Part shown: positions 20,755 through 29,662 of the stretch, one piece after another
Layout: each line of letters begins with the position of its first letter
Numbering within the stretch: the first letter of the stretch is position 1
From: Candidatus Bathyarchaeia archaeon
GTDB taxonomy: Archaea; Thermoproteota; Bathyarchaeia; TCS64
Direction of reading: 5' to 3'
NCBI GenBank assembly: GCA_050014495.1
Contig: JBEKDF010000021.1
Location: 1 to 49,177 of the forward strand
Length of the DNA stretch: 49,177 bases
Notes under the pieces: model-generated
Databases searched by the model: none
What the model saw: only the letters and a program-made list of their open reading frames with translations
What the model was told of the DNA's origin: nothing
Position numbers and translations under genes: made by a program

Positions 20755-21875
20755 ACCTTTACCCTCTTCCAACCGTACTTAGACTCATCATAAAATGGGT
20801 GATGCTTAACTATCTTTCCCTTCACCATATTAGACCTGATCTTGACCTGAACCTCCTTTCCAATCTCCTTGTATTCGAGTGGGAGGTAGGCCAGGGCGAT
20901 GCTCGCGTCAAGTGTTGGAGCAACGCCTCCACTTGTTATTACACCGATCTTCTTCTCGCCGTCGTATACTTCGTAACCATGGCGTGGAATGCCGCGCTCC
21001 ATGAGCATTATGCCCACTAACGTGCGTGGCACACCCTTCTCGATGATTCCCTCGAGAGACTTCTTGCCGTTGAAATATGGCTTCTTCATCTTGACAACCC
21101 ACTTGAGGCCAGCCTCAACTGGGTTAGTACTCTCATCGATGTCGTTGCCATAGAGCCACAGACCAGCCTCTAGGCGAAGGCTGTCCCGGGCACCGAGGCC
21201 ACAGGGCTTGGCCCCAGCTGATACTAAGTCGTTCCAGATCTTTAACGACTTTGAGGGCTCGCTTACTGGATCATCGGGGATGAAGACCTCGAAACCATCC
21301 TCGCCCGTGTATCCGGTTCGTGCTGCTAAGCAGTCTATGCCACTGATTTTAAGCGGAGCAATATTGAATCGCTCGATGGCGTTAGGGTCTGTCTCACTTA
21401 TCTTACTGAGTATTTCAGCCGCCTTGGGTCCCTGCACTGCGATCATTCCCATGTTGTCGCTCATATCAGTGAGCTTGACCTTGAATCCCTTCGTGTTTTT
21501 GAGGAGCCATGCGAAATCTTTAGCGCGGTTCCCTGCATTGTAGACAACAAGAAACTTTTCAGCACTTCTCCTATAGACAATCAGGTCGTCGACTATACCG
21601 GCATCAGGTTTGCACATGACGCCATAAACACCCTTTCCGTCTGTAAGAGCGGATACATCGTTCGAGTCGACATAGTCAAGGAACTTTACGACTTCGGGGC
21701 CTTCAGTGTAGACCCTGCCCATGTGACTTGTGTCAAATATTCCGCACGCTTCTCGTACAGCCTTGTGCTCGGGGATGATGCCCTCATACCAGACAGGCAT
21801 CGCGAATCCACCGAAGTCAACGACATTGCCGTGCTCAACGTGGTATTGGTAGATATGTGTCTTCCTGAGCTCCAA
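20751..21875 (-). CDS. gcvT: Glycine cleavage system aminomethyltransferase T
   Basis: FDTSHMG, RTGYTGEDGFE, GLGARDSLRLEAG. Confidence 0.95.
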   Translation of the reverse strand: MELRKTHIYQYHVEHGNVVDFGGFAMPVWYEGIIPEHKAVREACGIFDTSHMGRVYTEGPEVVKFLDYVDSNDVSALTDGKGVYGVMCKPDAGIVDDLIVYRRSAEKFLVVYNAGNRAKDFAWLLKNTKGFKVKLTDMSDNMGMIAVQGPKAAEILSKISETDPNAIERFNIAPLKISGIDCLAARTGYTGEDGFEVFIPDDPVSEPSKSLKIWNDLVSAGAKPCGLGARDSLRLEAGLWLYGNDIDESTNPVEAGLKWVVKMKKPYFNGKKSLEGIIEKGVPRTLVGIMLMERGIPRHGYEVYDGEKKIGVITSGGVAPTLDASIALAYLPLEYKEIGKEVQVKIRSNMVKGKIVKHHPFYDESKYGWKRVKV

Positions 21876-21938
21876 ACCGGATTACCAGTTAGATATGCAA
21901 TGGGGGGATGGTTAAAACCCTATCTGGAATGTGAGGTA

Positions 21939-22106
21939 CTATTTCTCACAAGGTCGGACCTCAACACCCTCCGTCGAGAATTTTAGGTCCTTTTTGCACT
22001 TCGGGCACTTTCCCTCGTACTTTTTGATGATATCTTGAGGAGATTTCAAGAGGTCTCCCTCGTAGAGGATCTCCTTACACGATTTACAGACAATCTTCTG
22101 AGGCAT
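21939..22106 (-). CDS. Small zinc-ribbon protein
   Basis: MPQKIVCKSC...GKCPKC, two CxxC pairs in 55 aa. Confidence 0.7.
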   Translation of the reverse strand: MPQKIVCKSCKEILYEGDLLKSPQDIIKKYEGKCPKCKKDLKFSTEGVEVRPCEK

Positions 22107-22215
22107 TTGCGCCCACCGTCTTAACAAGCTCCAAGCCGAGGGCATATAAACCTCATCATTCAGGAGCCCTTTTTCAATTATCTTAAGAGGAGATAAAAGG
22201 ATATATTGGTATCCG

Positions 22216-22641
22216 GTGCATCATTCCGAGAAGGAGTCTGACATGGCTCACACTACAGGTAAGGCAAGGGACTTTTCAAAGATCCGCAGGAATAAACAGC
22301 TCGAAACGATCTCAGGTTACGCCGGTTTAGTCATGGTTATCTTCATTATATTCCTGCTCGGTGGAGGGGTCTACGACATCATAAACACACCAGCAGCCGT
22401 GCTCCAAACTTCGAGTGGTTCCTATACATCGATCAATCCTTATGCAGGGGAGCAAACTATCAACGAAAGCATCGTCAGTATGTTTCTATTCGGCTTCTGC
22501 ATTGCCGGCCTATTTCTAGCTTATAGGAGTGCCCATGTATTATACGATAAATCGAAGGCGAATCTATATTTAATGATAGGTTTAAGCCTTGCAATCATAG
22601 GGTTCGCAGGTGCATACGTTATGCTCTTGTTGAAGGGCTAA
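22216..22641 (+). CDS. Three-TM membrane protein resembling oligosaccharyltransferase subunit OSTC/DC2 (OST3/OST6 family)
   Basis: FLLGGGVYDII..P and Q...ESIVSMFLF....G motifs resemble eukaryotic DC2 (FLITGGIIYDVI.EP; QYIMEGL.SSFLF) as recalled from memory; start may be ATG 22243. Confidence 0.65.
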   Translation: MHHSEKESDMAHTTGKARDFSKIRRNKQLETISGYAGLVMVIFIIFLLGGGVYDIINTPAAVLQTSSGSYTSINPYAGEQTINESIVSMFLFGFCIAGLFLAYRSAHVLYDKSKANLYLMIGLSLAIIGFAGAYVMLLLKG

Positions 22642-22756
22642 CCCCAGAATCACTTCTTTTCTAAAAGCACGCGCACGCGCGAAGCGAGACTCGTAAAATA
22701 TGTCACCACTCATCAGTTATACATATCATTTTTAAAAAGGTCTTATCTTCGAACCT

Positions 22757-23665
22757 GTGCGTAATGCTATCGTGAATCTGTTGAAGCGGATTGGTTTCAT
22801 CGGTCTGGGTCTCATGGGTAGCGGCATGTCCTTGAACATCCTCAAAGCGGGATTTCCATTGACGGTTTGGAATCGAACTACTGTAAGAACGGAGCCGCTC
22901 GCCAAGGCTGGGGCCAAGGTAGCAAAGTCACCGAGGGAGGTCGCTGAGCAGAGCGATATTATCATAGATATAGTAACCGACTCTAAAGATGTTGAGGAGG
23001 TCCTGCTTGGACCCAACGGCGTCATCTACGGAGCGAAGTCTGGGACGATCGTCATAGACATGAGCACAATAAGTCCCATAAGGACGCGGGAGATGGCGGC
23101 TCGGTTCAAAGAAAAGGGGATCAGAATGCTAGACGCCCCGGTCAGTGGCGGAGATGTAGGTGCTCGAAACGGTACTCTAAGCATCATGGTCGGTGGTGAT
23201 AAAGACGCTTTTGATGAAGCAGTACCTGTTTTTCAAGCGATGGGAAAAACTATAACTCACATCGGCGGACAAGGGGACGGCCAGATCTGCAAAGCTGTGA
23301 ATCAGATTCTCGTTGGCATGAACATACTTGGGGTTGCGGAGGCACTCGTCTTTGCTCGGAAAGCAGGGGTCGACGTAAAGAAGGTCTACACTGCCGTTGC
23401 GGGGGGTGCTGCTGGGAGCTGGCAGCTCACAAACAACGGAGCGAAGCTCCTCGTGGGGGACCACGAGCCCGGCTTCAAAGTGAAGGATTATCTCAAGGAC
23501 CTCCGTATAATCATGGAGACGAGTGACAACCTCAAGATGCCACTTGCAGGGACAGCAATTGTCCAGCAGATGTTCAAGAACCTCGACGCTGAGGGGCTGA
23601 GAGACAAGGGTACGCAAGCAGTTGTAGTCGCTGTAGAAAAGTTAGCAAATGAGAAACTCGTCTAA
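22757..23665 (+). CDS. NAD(P)-dependent beta-hydroxyacid dehydrogenase (3-hydroxyisobutyrate / tartronate semialdehyde reductase family)
   Basis: IGFIGLGLMG, DAPVSGG, LSIMVGG, K.VNQ. Confidence 0.9.
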   Translation: MRNAIVNLLKRIGFIGLGLMGSGMSLNILKAGFPLTVWNRTTVRTEPLAKAGAKVAKSPREVAEQSDIIIDIVTDSKDVEEVLLGPNGVIYGAKSGTIVIDMSTISPIRTREMAARFKEKGIRMLDAPVSGGDVGARNGTLSIMVGGDKDAFDEAVPVFQAMGKTITHIGGQGDGQICKAVNQILVGMNILGVAEALVFARKAGVDVKKVYTAVAGGAAGSWQLTNNGAKLLVGDHEPGFKVKDYLKDLRIIMETSDNLKMPLAGTAIVQQMFKNLDAEGLRDKGTQAVVVAVEKLANEKLV

Positions 23666-23738
23666 TCAAGCCTCGATAAGCCAGAGAACTTGAAGTGAAT
23701 ATTACTTCTAAATGATAAAAGTAGCAGTTTGTAAAGAG

Positions 23739-23855
23739 TGGTCCCGCCTCCGGGATTTGAACCTGGAACCACTCGGTGTCTGCTCAAGGCCTGATTGCCT
23801 TCGCCCCACAGGGCGGAAGCTACAGCCGAATGCTCTACCATTGAGCTAAGGCGGG
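23739..23855 (-). tRNA. tRNA-Tyr(GTA) with a 42-nt intron (23778-23819) at position 37/38, CCA encoded
   Basis: C1:G72 acceptor pair (CCCGCCT/AGGCGGG), TTCGG-CTGTAG|intron|A-CCGAG anticodon arm, bulge-helix-bulge junction. Confidence 0.93.
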
Positions 23856-23897
23856 CTCCGCCAAAAGGAATCTGTCCCGAAAATATAAGCTGTATGG

Positions 23898-25001
23898 TCA
23901 GATAATCTTACCCTTCCCGGGGCGAAGTGCTTCCCGGATACTTCTCCTGTACGGCGGCCTGAGGACGCCGACATCGGTGATGAACCCCGTAATATACTTG
24001 GCGGGGGTGACATCAAAGCTTGGGTTCTTAGCGAATGTACCTCTAGCGGATATCCTTACTCTTGTGTAATTTCCATTTTCGTCAGCGCCCCAGACCCAGT
24101 TGATCTCATCAGGACTCCTCTCCTCGATCTCGATTCCATTCCCCGTTGTGCATTTTAGGTCGAAGGTCATTCTAGGTGCTGCAATGTAGAAAGGTATCTC
24201 ATTCTCCCGAGCTAGGACAGCCTTCTCATAGGTGCCTATCTTGTTTGCAGTGTCTCCATTCGCAGCGATCCTGTCAGCGCCTACGATGACAAGGTCGACT
24301 TCACCATTATGCATGAAGTGGCCGGCTGCGTTGTCCACAATGAGGGCGTAGGGTATTCCCTCCTGCTGTAGCTCCCATGATGTGAGTTTCGCTCCTTGGC
24401 TGCGTGGACGGGTTTCATCGACATAGACGAAGATGTGTTTCCCTGATCTGTGAGCAACTCGTATAGGGGCAAGGGCGGAACCGTTGTCGATGAAGGCGAG
24501 GGCACCCGCATTACAATGTGTGAGTATCTGAAACCCATCTTTGATGAGGAGATTACCGTACTCACCCATCTTCTTTGAAGCATCGAGGTCCTCAAGGGCA
24601 ATCCTATCTGCTTCAGTACAGGCAGCTGCAACTCGCTCGGCGATACTTCCCTTCGAAACAGCTTTTAGGCACCTGTCTATGGCGTGGAAGAGGTTAACCG
24701 CAGTAGGGCGTGTATTCCTGAGCATTTCAGCGGCTTCGGAGACATAAGCCTTGAATTCTCTTTGGTTCTTTTCCTGTGCCTCCAGTACAGCCTGTGCGAC
24801 GCCATATCCACCAGCTACTCCTATGGCTCCTGCACCCCTGACTGCCATGTCCTTTATAGCCTTCGCCGTTTCCTCGTGGTTTCGCAGTGTTAGTATCTCG
24901 AACCTATGGGGGAGAAGACGTTGATCGATCATCTTCACATTGGCTTCCTCTCTCCAGAGAGTCCAAAGTTCTTTAGACTCGCCATCAAATTTGACTCTCA
25001 T
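23898..25001 (-). CDS. mtnA: Methylthioribose-1-phosphate isomerase (eIF-2B alpha-like family)
   Basis: IDQRLLP, VRGAGAIG, TRPTAVNL, LTHCNAG, DETRPRSQGAKLT, GADRI..NGDTANKIGT. Confidence 0.88.
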   Translation of the reverse strand: MRVKFDGESKELWTLWREEANVKMIDQRLLPHRFEILTLRNHEETAKAIKDMAVRGAGAIGVAGGYGVAQAVLEAQEKNQREFKAYVSEAAEMLRNTRPTAVNLFHAIDRCLKAVSKGSIAERVAAACTEADRIALEDLDASKKMGEYGNLLIKDGFQILTHCNAGALAFIDNGSALAPIRVAHRSGKHIFVYVDETRPRSQGAKLTSWELQQEGIPYALIVDNAAGHFMHNGEVDLVIVGADRIAANGDTANKIGTYEKAVLARENEIPFYIAAPRMTFDLKCTTGNGIEIEERSPDEINWVWGADENGNYTRVRISARGTFAKNPSFDVTPAKYITGFITDVGVLRPPYRRSIREALRPGKGKII

Positions 25002-25002
25002 T

Positions 25003-25659
25003 CTATTTGATTACCTCACCACTCTTCTTCGCCCAGAGGTAGAGATCCATCTGACCCAAAGGCATTCCAAGCATATCCGCGATTTGCTTTAGGACACCCT
25101 CGTACTCCAAGTATCTCTTTCTTGTTACCGTCTTTGGGCGCTCATCTATAATCCCCTGCTCCACCATATGGGAGAGAATGTGCTTATCTACTATTGCGAG
25201 ATCGAGGTATCCAACGTTTCTAAGGAAATGACTCGCCTCCTTCATTCCTAGACCCGTGACATTCTCAACGAGCCAGTCCCTAGCAGCTTGACTGCTTAAC
25301 TGGGACGTGATTATCTTTTTCAGGTCGTCCCTGTGAGCGCGTGCCTTAAAGATGAACTCGGCCCTCTTGCTAGGGAACCTGTGTCTGTGTTCGAGACATT
25401 TTCTTAATTGTTCTAAGCTACCTTCGTTTATAATGTTGTCCTCGTTCAGGGCAGCAATGCATGCAATTGCTCCTCTCGCGCTATAATTTGCAGTGAGAAG
25501 ACAGAAGACAAGCTCCTCGAACCACCTCTCATTTCCCTCCCCCTGCGCCACCCGGAACCCTTTGATCCTCTCCTCCACCTTCCTACAGGTCTCAAGTTTC
25601 TCAGCCTCTGCCCTCACAAGTGCTGCAAGCTGCTCAAGGCTTCTCACATCAGGTTGCAC
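25003..25659 (-). CDS. ogg: 8-oxoguanine DNA glycosylase/AP lyase
   Basis: ELVFCLLTAN, HRFP..RA, GLGMKEASHFLRNVG, AIVDKHIL. Confidence 0.92.
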   Translation of the reverse strand: MQPDVRSLEQLAALVRAEAEKLETCRKVEERIKGFRVAQGEGNERWFEELVFCLLTANYSARGAIACIAALNEDNIINEGSLEQLRKCLEHRHRFPSKRAEFIFKARAHRDDLKKIITSQLSSQAARDWLVENVTGLGMKEASHFLRNVGYLDLAIVDKHILSHMVEQGIIDERPKTVTRKRYLEYEGVLKQIADMLGMPLGQMDLYLWAKKSGEVIK

Positions 25660-25780
25660 GATTCTTATCCTCAGTTAGGCCCCTCTTAAAGACATGTAGG
25701 TCATTTTGCTTCCCCGGTGTAAATCAGGATGATGGATATGGTTATACTCGCAGCCACCGGGCTTATCTTCTGCGGGTGCC

Positions 25781-26323
25781 ATGAGCTTGTCTTTGGATGT
25801 GAATCTCCTCGAATATGAGAACACACCCGTCAAGTTAGTGGCACTCAGGAAGAACTCGAAGATTGAGACCCCTGGGCTCACAATTGAGGAGGTGGATGAG
25901 AGAGAGGAGTTCTCCGTACCATTCTGGGTTGCTGGTATTCTTGTCGAGGCAGGACTCGCCAAATATGGTGAGGAGGGGCTCACAATGGAAGAGTGGACCT
26001 CCACTCACTTCAAGGAGCGCTTCAACCCCGGTGGAGCCCCAGGTGCACTACCGAAGGATTTCTATGCTAAAGCCTATGTCAGCCTCACACTCGCTGCAAG
26101 AGCAGTAAGCGGTGACGTCACGAAGGCGGAACAGATCAATAGGCTTCACGCCCGCTTCAGGGAGATCGTCGATAGCAGAGTGGGAAAGGTTACACGTATC
26201 GCTACGACTGAAACAGCCCCTCAGCCCGGTATTCTCCAACCCGAGGAACAAGCGCTCTATCAGGAGCTTGAGCACATAGTTACAATGTGGCGCCATGAAA
26301 TCAGGAGGTTGAGCACTAGGTAA
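25781..26323 (+). CDS. GINS complex subunit (Gins23-like)
   Basis: N-terminal beta domain with VPFWVA..L, LPKDFY, R..K, PEE..LY; TAATG overlap with mcm. Confidence 0.75.
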   Translation: MSLSLDVNLLEYENTPVKLVALRKNSKIETPGLTIEEVDEREEFSVPFWVAGILVEAGLAKYGEEGLTMEEWTSTHFKERFNPGGAPGALPKDFYAKAYVSLTLAARAVSGDVTKAEQINRLHARFREIVDSRVGKVTRIATTETAPQPGILQPEEQALYQELEHIVTMWRHEIRRLSTR

Positions 26324-28368
26324 TGGCAACGCAGGTCAGCCATGAGGAGGTATTCACTCGATTCGTCGAGGATTTCCGTAATGCTGATGGTGTAATCAAG
26401 TACGAGCAAGCAATACAGGAAATGCCCATAAAGGGAATAAGATCGCTCCTAGTCGACTTCAACGATCTCTACAACTACGACATGGAGCTCGCCGCTGAAG
26501 TAATGAAGGACCCTGATAGAATACTCGAGCTCTTCAGCAGAGTCGTATACGATAAACTCAGACAACGTGATCTAATCTACGCTGAGGCTCAGAAGAAGAT
26601 ACACGTCCGCTTTAGGGCGCTCCCCTCCGTTACACAGCTCAGGAAGATAGGTTCTGAGCATATTGGGCGCCTCGTCATGCTACAGGGTATAATCGTTCGT
26701 GCATCCGCAACGACGCCACTGGTGATGAAAGCCGTCTTCCGATGTAGCAACTGTAACGAGCTTAACTACGTCGAGCAGGACGGAGAGACACTCAAGACTC
26801 CTATAAAGTGTGAGCACTGCGACAGCAAGACCCGATTCGATTTAGTGCCAAAGCTCTCGGTCTTTATGGACTCACAAAGGGTCACAATCCAGGAAAGGCC
26901 GGAGGACCTCCCTCCAGGACAGTTACCCCGGAGCCTACATGTCGACCTCAAGGATGACATCGTCGACCAGGCCCGCCCAGGAGACAGAATCACAATTGTG
27001 GGCAGCATTGATCTTCTCCAGCGCTTCGGTCGTGGAGGGCAACTCCGAATCTTCGACATGGTGATGGAAGCGAGTCACGTAGAGGTAAGCGGCCGCGATT
27101 CGGAGATGACCGACATCTCCCCTGAAGATGAATTGAAAATAAAGGAGATAGCCTCGGACCCTTGGGTTCACCGTCGCCTCCTCCAGTCCATAGCACCTAG
27201 TATCTATGGCCACGAGAACGTCAAAGAGTCTATTCTTTACCTCCTATTCGGTGGCATCAACAAGGATCTTCCCGACGTCAGAATCAGGGGGGATATAAAT
27301 GTCCTCCTCGTCGGCGACCCAGGTACGGGTAAGAGCCAGCTTCTTCAATTCGCAGCGAAGATAGCGCCAAGGGGGCTTTTGACAACAGGGAGAGGGAGTA
27401 CAGCTGCGGGCCTCACCGCCGCCGTAGTCAAGGAGGGGGGTACTGGCAATTTCGTTCTAGAGGCCGGAGCTCTTGTCCTCGCCGACCAAGGAATCTGCTG
27501 TATCGACGAGATCGATAAGATGAGGGAGGAGGATAGGGGTGCGATACACCCAGCGATGGAGCAGCAGATAGTCGCAATCGCAAAAGGTGGCATAGTTGCT
27601 ACCCTAAATGCCCGCACGAGCATCCTTGCCGCTGGGAACCCAACGCTTGGCAGATACAATCCATACCAAACTATCGGGCAGAACATCAACCTCCCGGTAA
27701 CAATACTCAGTAGGTTCGACGTCATATTCGTTCTCAAAGATGTCCCAGACGCGGAAAGAGACGCGACGATGGCGGAGCACATACTCGGTCTCCATAGATC
27801 AGGAGGCTCGACAATCACCTCCCCAATTGACCCAGAACTCTTCAGGAAGTACATCAGCTACGCCAAGACTCGTGTTCGCCCTCTCCTTAACGAGGAAGTC
27901 ATCAACCGATTCAGGGACTTCTACGTCAAGATGAGGACCGCCAGCGTTGAGGGCGGCGAAGCCTCAGCTGTTAGCATTACGGCTCGCCAACTAGAGAGCC
28001 TCGTAAGGCTCGCTGAGGCAAGGGCCAAAGCCCACCTACGAAACGAGGTCACGAAGGAGGACGCTGAGGCCGTTATTACACTCATGCAAGCCAGTCTAGA
28101 GCAGGTAGGTATTGACGTCTCCACCGGCCAGATAGACATTGACATACTTTACACAGGCAAGCCAAGGAGTCTACAGACTCAACTGCAGAAGGTTCTTGGT
28201 AAGATCGTTGAGTTAGAAAGGACAGGTCCTGTGAAGGATGACGACCTCTATGAGGCGCTCGCTGAGGAGGGTATAAACAGGAGCGACGCAGCGAAGCTTA
28301 TAAGCACCCTAATGAGAGACGGAACAATCTTCTCTCCACGCCCAGGCACATATAGGCGTACCTCATAA
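26323..28368 (+). CDS. mcm: Replicative helicase MCM
   Basis: Zn finger CxxC..CxxC, GDPGTGKSQ Walker A, IDEIDKM Walker B, SRFD Arg finger; no intein. Confidence 0.97.
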   Translation: MATQVSHEEVFTRFVEDFRNADGVIKYEQAIQEMPIKGIRSLLVDFNDLYNYDMELAAEVMKDPDRILELFSRVVYDKLRQRDLIYAEAQKKIHVRFRALPSVTQLRKIGSEHIGRLVMLQGIIVRASATTPLVMKAVFRCSNCNELNYVEQDGETLKTPIKCEHCDSKTRFDLVPKLSVFMDSQRVTIQERPEDLPPGQLPRSLHVDLKDDIVDQARPGDRITIVGSIDLLQRFGRGGQLRIFDMVMEASHVEVSGRDSEMTDISPEDELKIKEIASDPWVHRRLLQSIAPSIYGHENVKESILYLLFGGINKDLPDVRIRGDINVLLVGDPGTGKSQLLQFAAKIAPRGLLTTGRGSTAAGLTAAVVKEGGTGNFVLEAGALVLADQGICCIDEIDKMREEDRGAIHPAMEQQIVAIAKGGIVATLNARTSILAAGNPTLGRYNPYQTIGQNINLPVTILSRFDVIFVLKDVPDAERDATMAEHILGLHRSGGSTITSPIDPELFRKYISYAKTRVRPLLNEEVINRFRDFYVKMRTASVEGGEASAVSITARQLESLVRLAEARAKAHLRNEVTKEDAEAVITLMQASLEQVGIDVSTGQIDIDILYTGKPRSLQTQLQKVLGKIVELERTGPVKDDDLYEALAEEGINRSDAAKLISTLMRDGTIFSPRPGTYRRTS

Positions 28369-28402
28369 CTCCTCTTATACCCAATCAACTAACGTCTCAT
28401 CT

Positions 28403-29581
28403 ATGGACATTTCCAAACACTTAGAAGAGATCAGGGCCGAGTTCCCCATACTCTCATATCTAAGTTACATGAACAGCGCTGCCCATGGCCCCGCTCTTGC
28501 AAGGGTTCAGGAGAAGACCATGGACTGGTGGAGATTTTACACCTATGAGAACAATTCCATGAAAGCACCTGATACAAACGGGGAGGTTGCAAAAGCCCTT
28601 GGCGTCGACAAAGGTGATGTAACCTGGGTCAACAGAGTGAGCCAGGCAATCAACACGATCTCGAGTATGATCTCACTCAAGAGTGGGGAAAACATAGTAA
28701 TCACAGACTTAGGCTATCCGACTGGCTCCTACCCCTTCCTTCCTTGGAGGGAGAGTGGTGTTGAGATAAGGAGCGTCAAACATAGTAATGGTAATATTAC
28801 AACTGATGACTTCGAGGCAGCAATTGACGACAAGACTCGCATCCTCTCCTTAAGTCACGTCGAGTGGACCTCCGGGTTACTCCATGACGTGAAAGTAGTG
28901 ACTCAGATAGCCCATGACCACGGTGCCCTCGTAGTCGATGACGGCTACCAGAGTCAAGGAAATGTCCTCGTGGAACCCGCAAAGGATGGTGTTGACTTCT
29001 ATACCTTCGGCTCCCAGAAGTGGATGTGCTGCCCAGCAATGGCGGGAGTCCTCTACGTCAATAGGAAAATCGCTAACAAATACGAGCCCAAATATAGGTG
29101 CTATAACCAAGTAGAGGCTGCTTTCAAGGACGGGCAGCCTTGGGAGAAGCCGAGCCATGACAACATAGTCTCTTGGGATCATCCCCTCTACCAGGGAGCA
29201 GAGAAGTTCAACCAAGGCCTACTCTCCTCCGAGGCGATCTGGGGTTTCTACGCAGCTCTCAAATACTTCAACGACCTTGGCCTCAAGAACATCGAGGAAA
29301 GAAATAGAGAGCTCGCAGAAAAGCTGATGGAAGGGCTCAAGGAGTTCAAAGTGAGAGTAAACACCCCCGAGAAGCCACAGAGGCACACTGGACTCGTCAC
29401 ATTCAACACTGGGAGACACGAAGAGAACCAAAGGCTCTATGGAGCCCTCACGAAGGAGGGCATAATCGTCGCCCTTAGATACGCCGCTGGCATCGGAGGA
29501 ATACGCGTCTCCTGCCACTTCTTTAATACCGAGGAGGAGATTGAGGCCGTCCTCCGCATAGTGAAGAAGACATTATCCTAA
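28403..29581 (+). CDS. PLP-dependent class V aminotransferase-fold enzyme
   Basis: YMNSAAHGP, LSHVEW.SG, VVDDGYQ, GSQKW PLP-Lys, IRVSCHFFNT. Confidence 0.85.
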   Translation: MDISKHLEEIRAEFPILSYLSYMNSAAHGPALARVQEKTMDWWRFYTYENNSMKAPDTNGEVAKALGVDKGDVTWVNRVSQAINTISSMISLKSGENIVITDLGYPTGSYPFLPWRESGVEIRSVKHSNGNITTDDFEAAIDDKTRILSLSHVEWTSGLLHDVKVVTQIAHDHGALVVDDGYQSQGNVLVEPAKDGVDFYTFGSQKWMCCPAMAGVLYVNRKIANKYEPKYRCYNQVEAAFKDGQPWEKPSHDNIVSWDHPLYQGAEKFNQGLLSSEAIWGFYAALKYFNDLGLKNIEERNRELAEKLMEGLKEFKVRVNTPEKPQRHTGLVTFNTGRHEENQRLYGALTKEGIIVALRYAAGIGGIRVSCHFFNTEEEIEAVLRIVKKTLS

Positions 29582-29662
29582 CCCGGCCGAGTTCACTGGG
29601 AAACCCTTAAACGGTTATTACCTCAGCCTATTGATAACGCGGGCTCTAATGGAGGAACGAAA

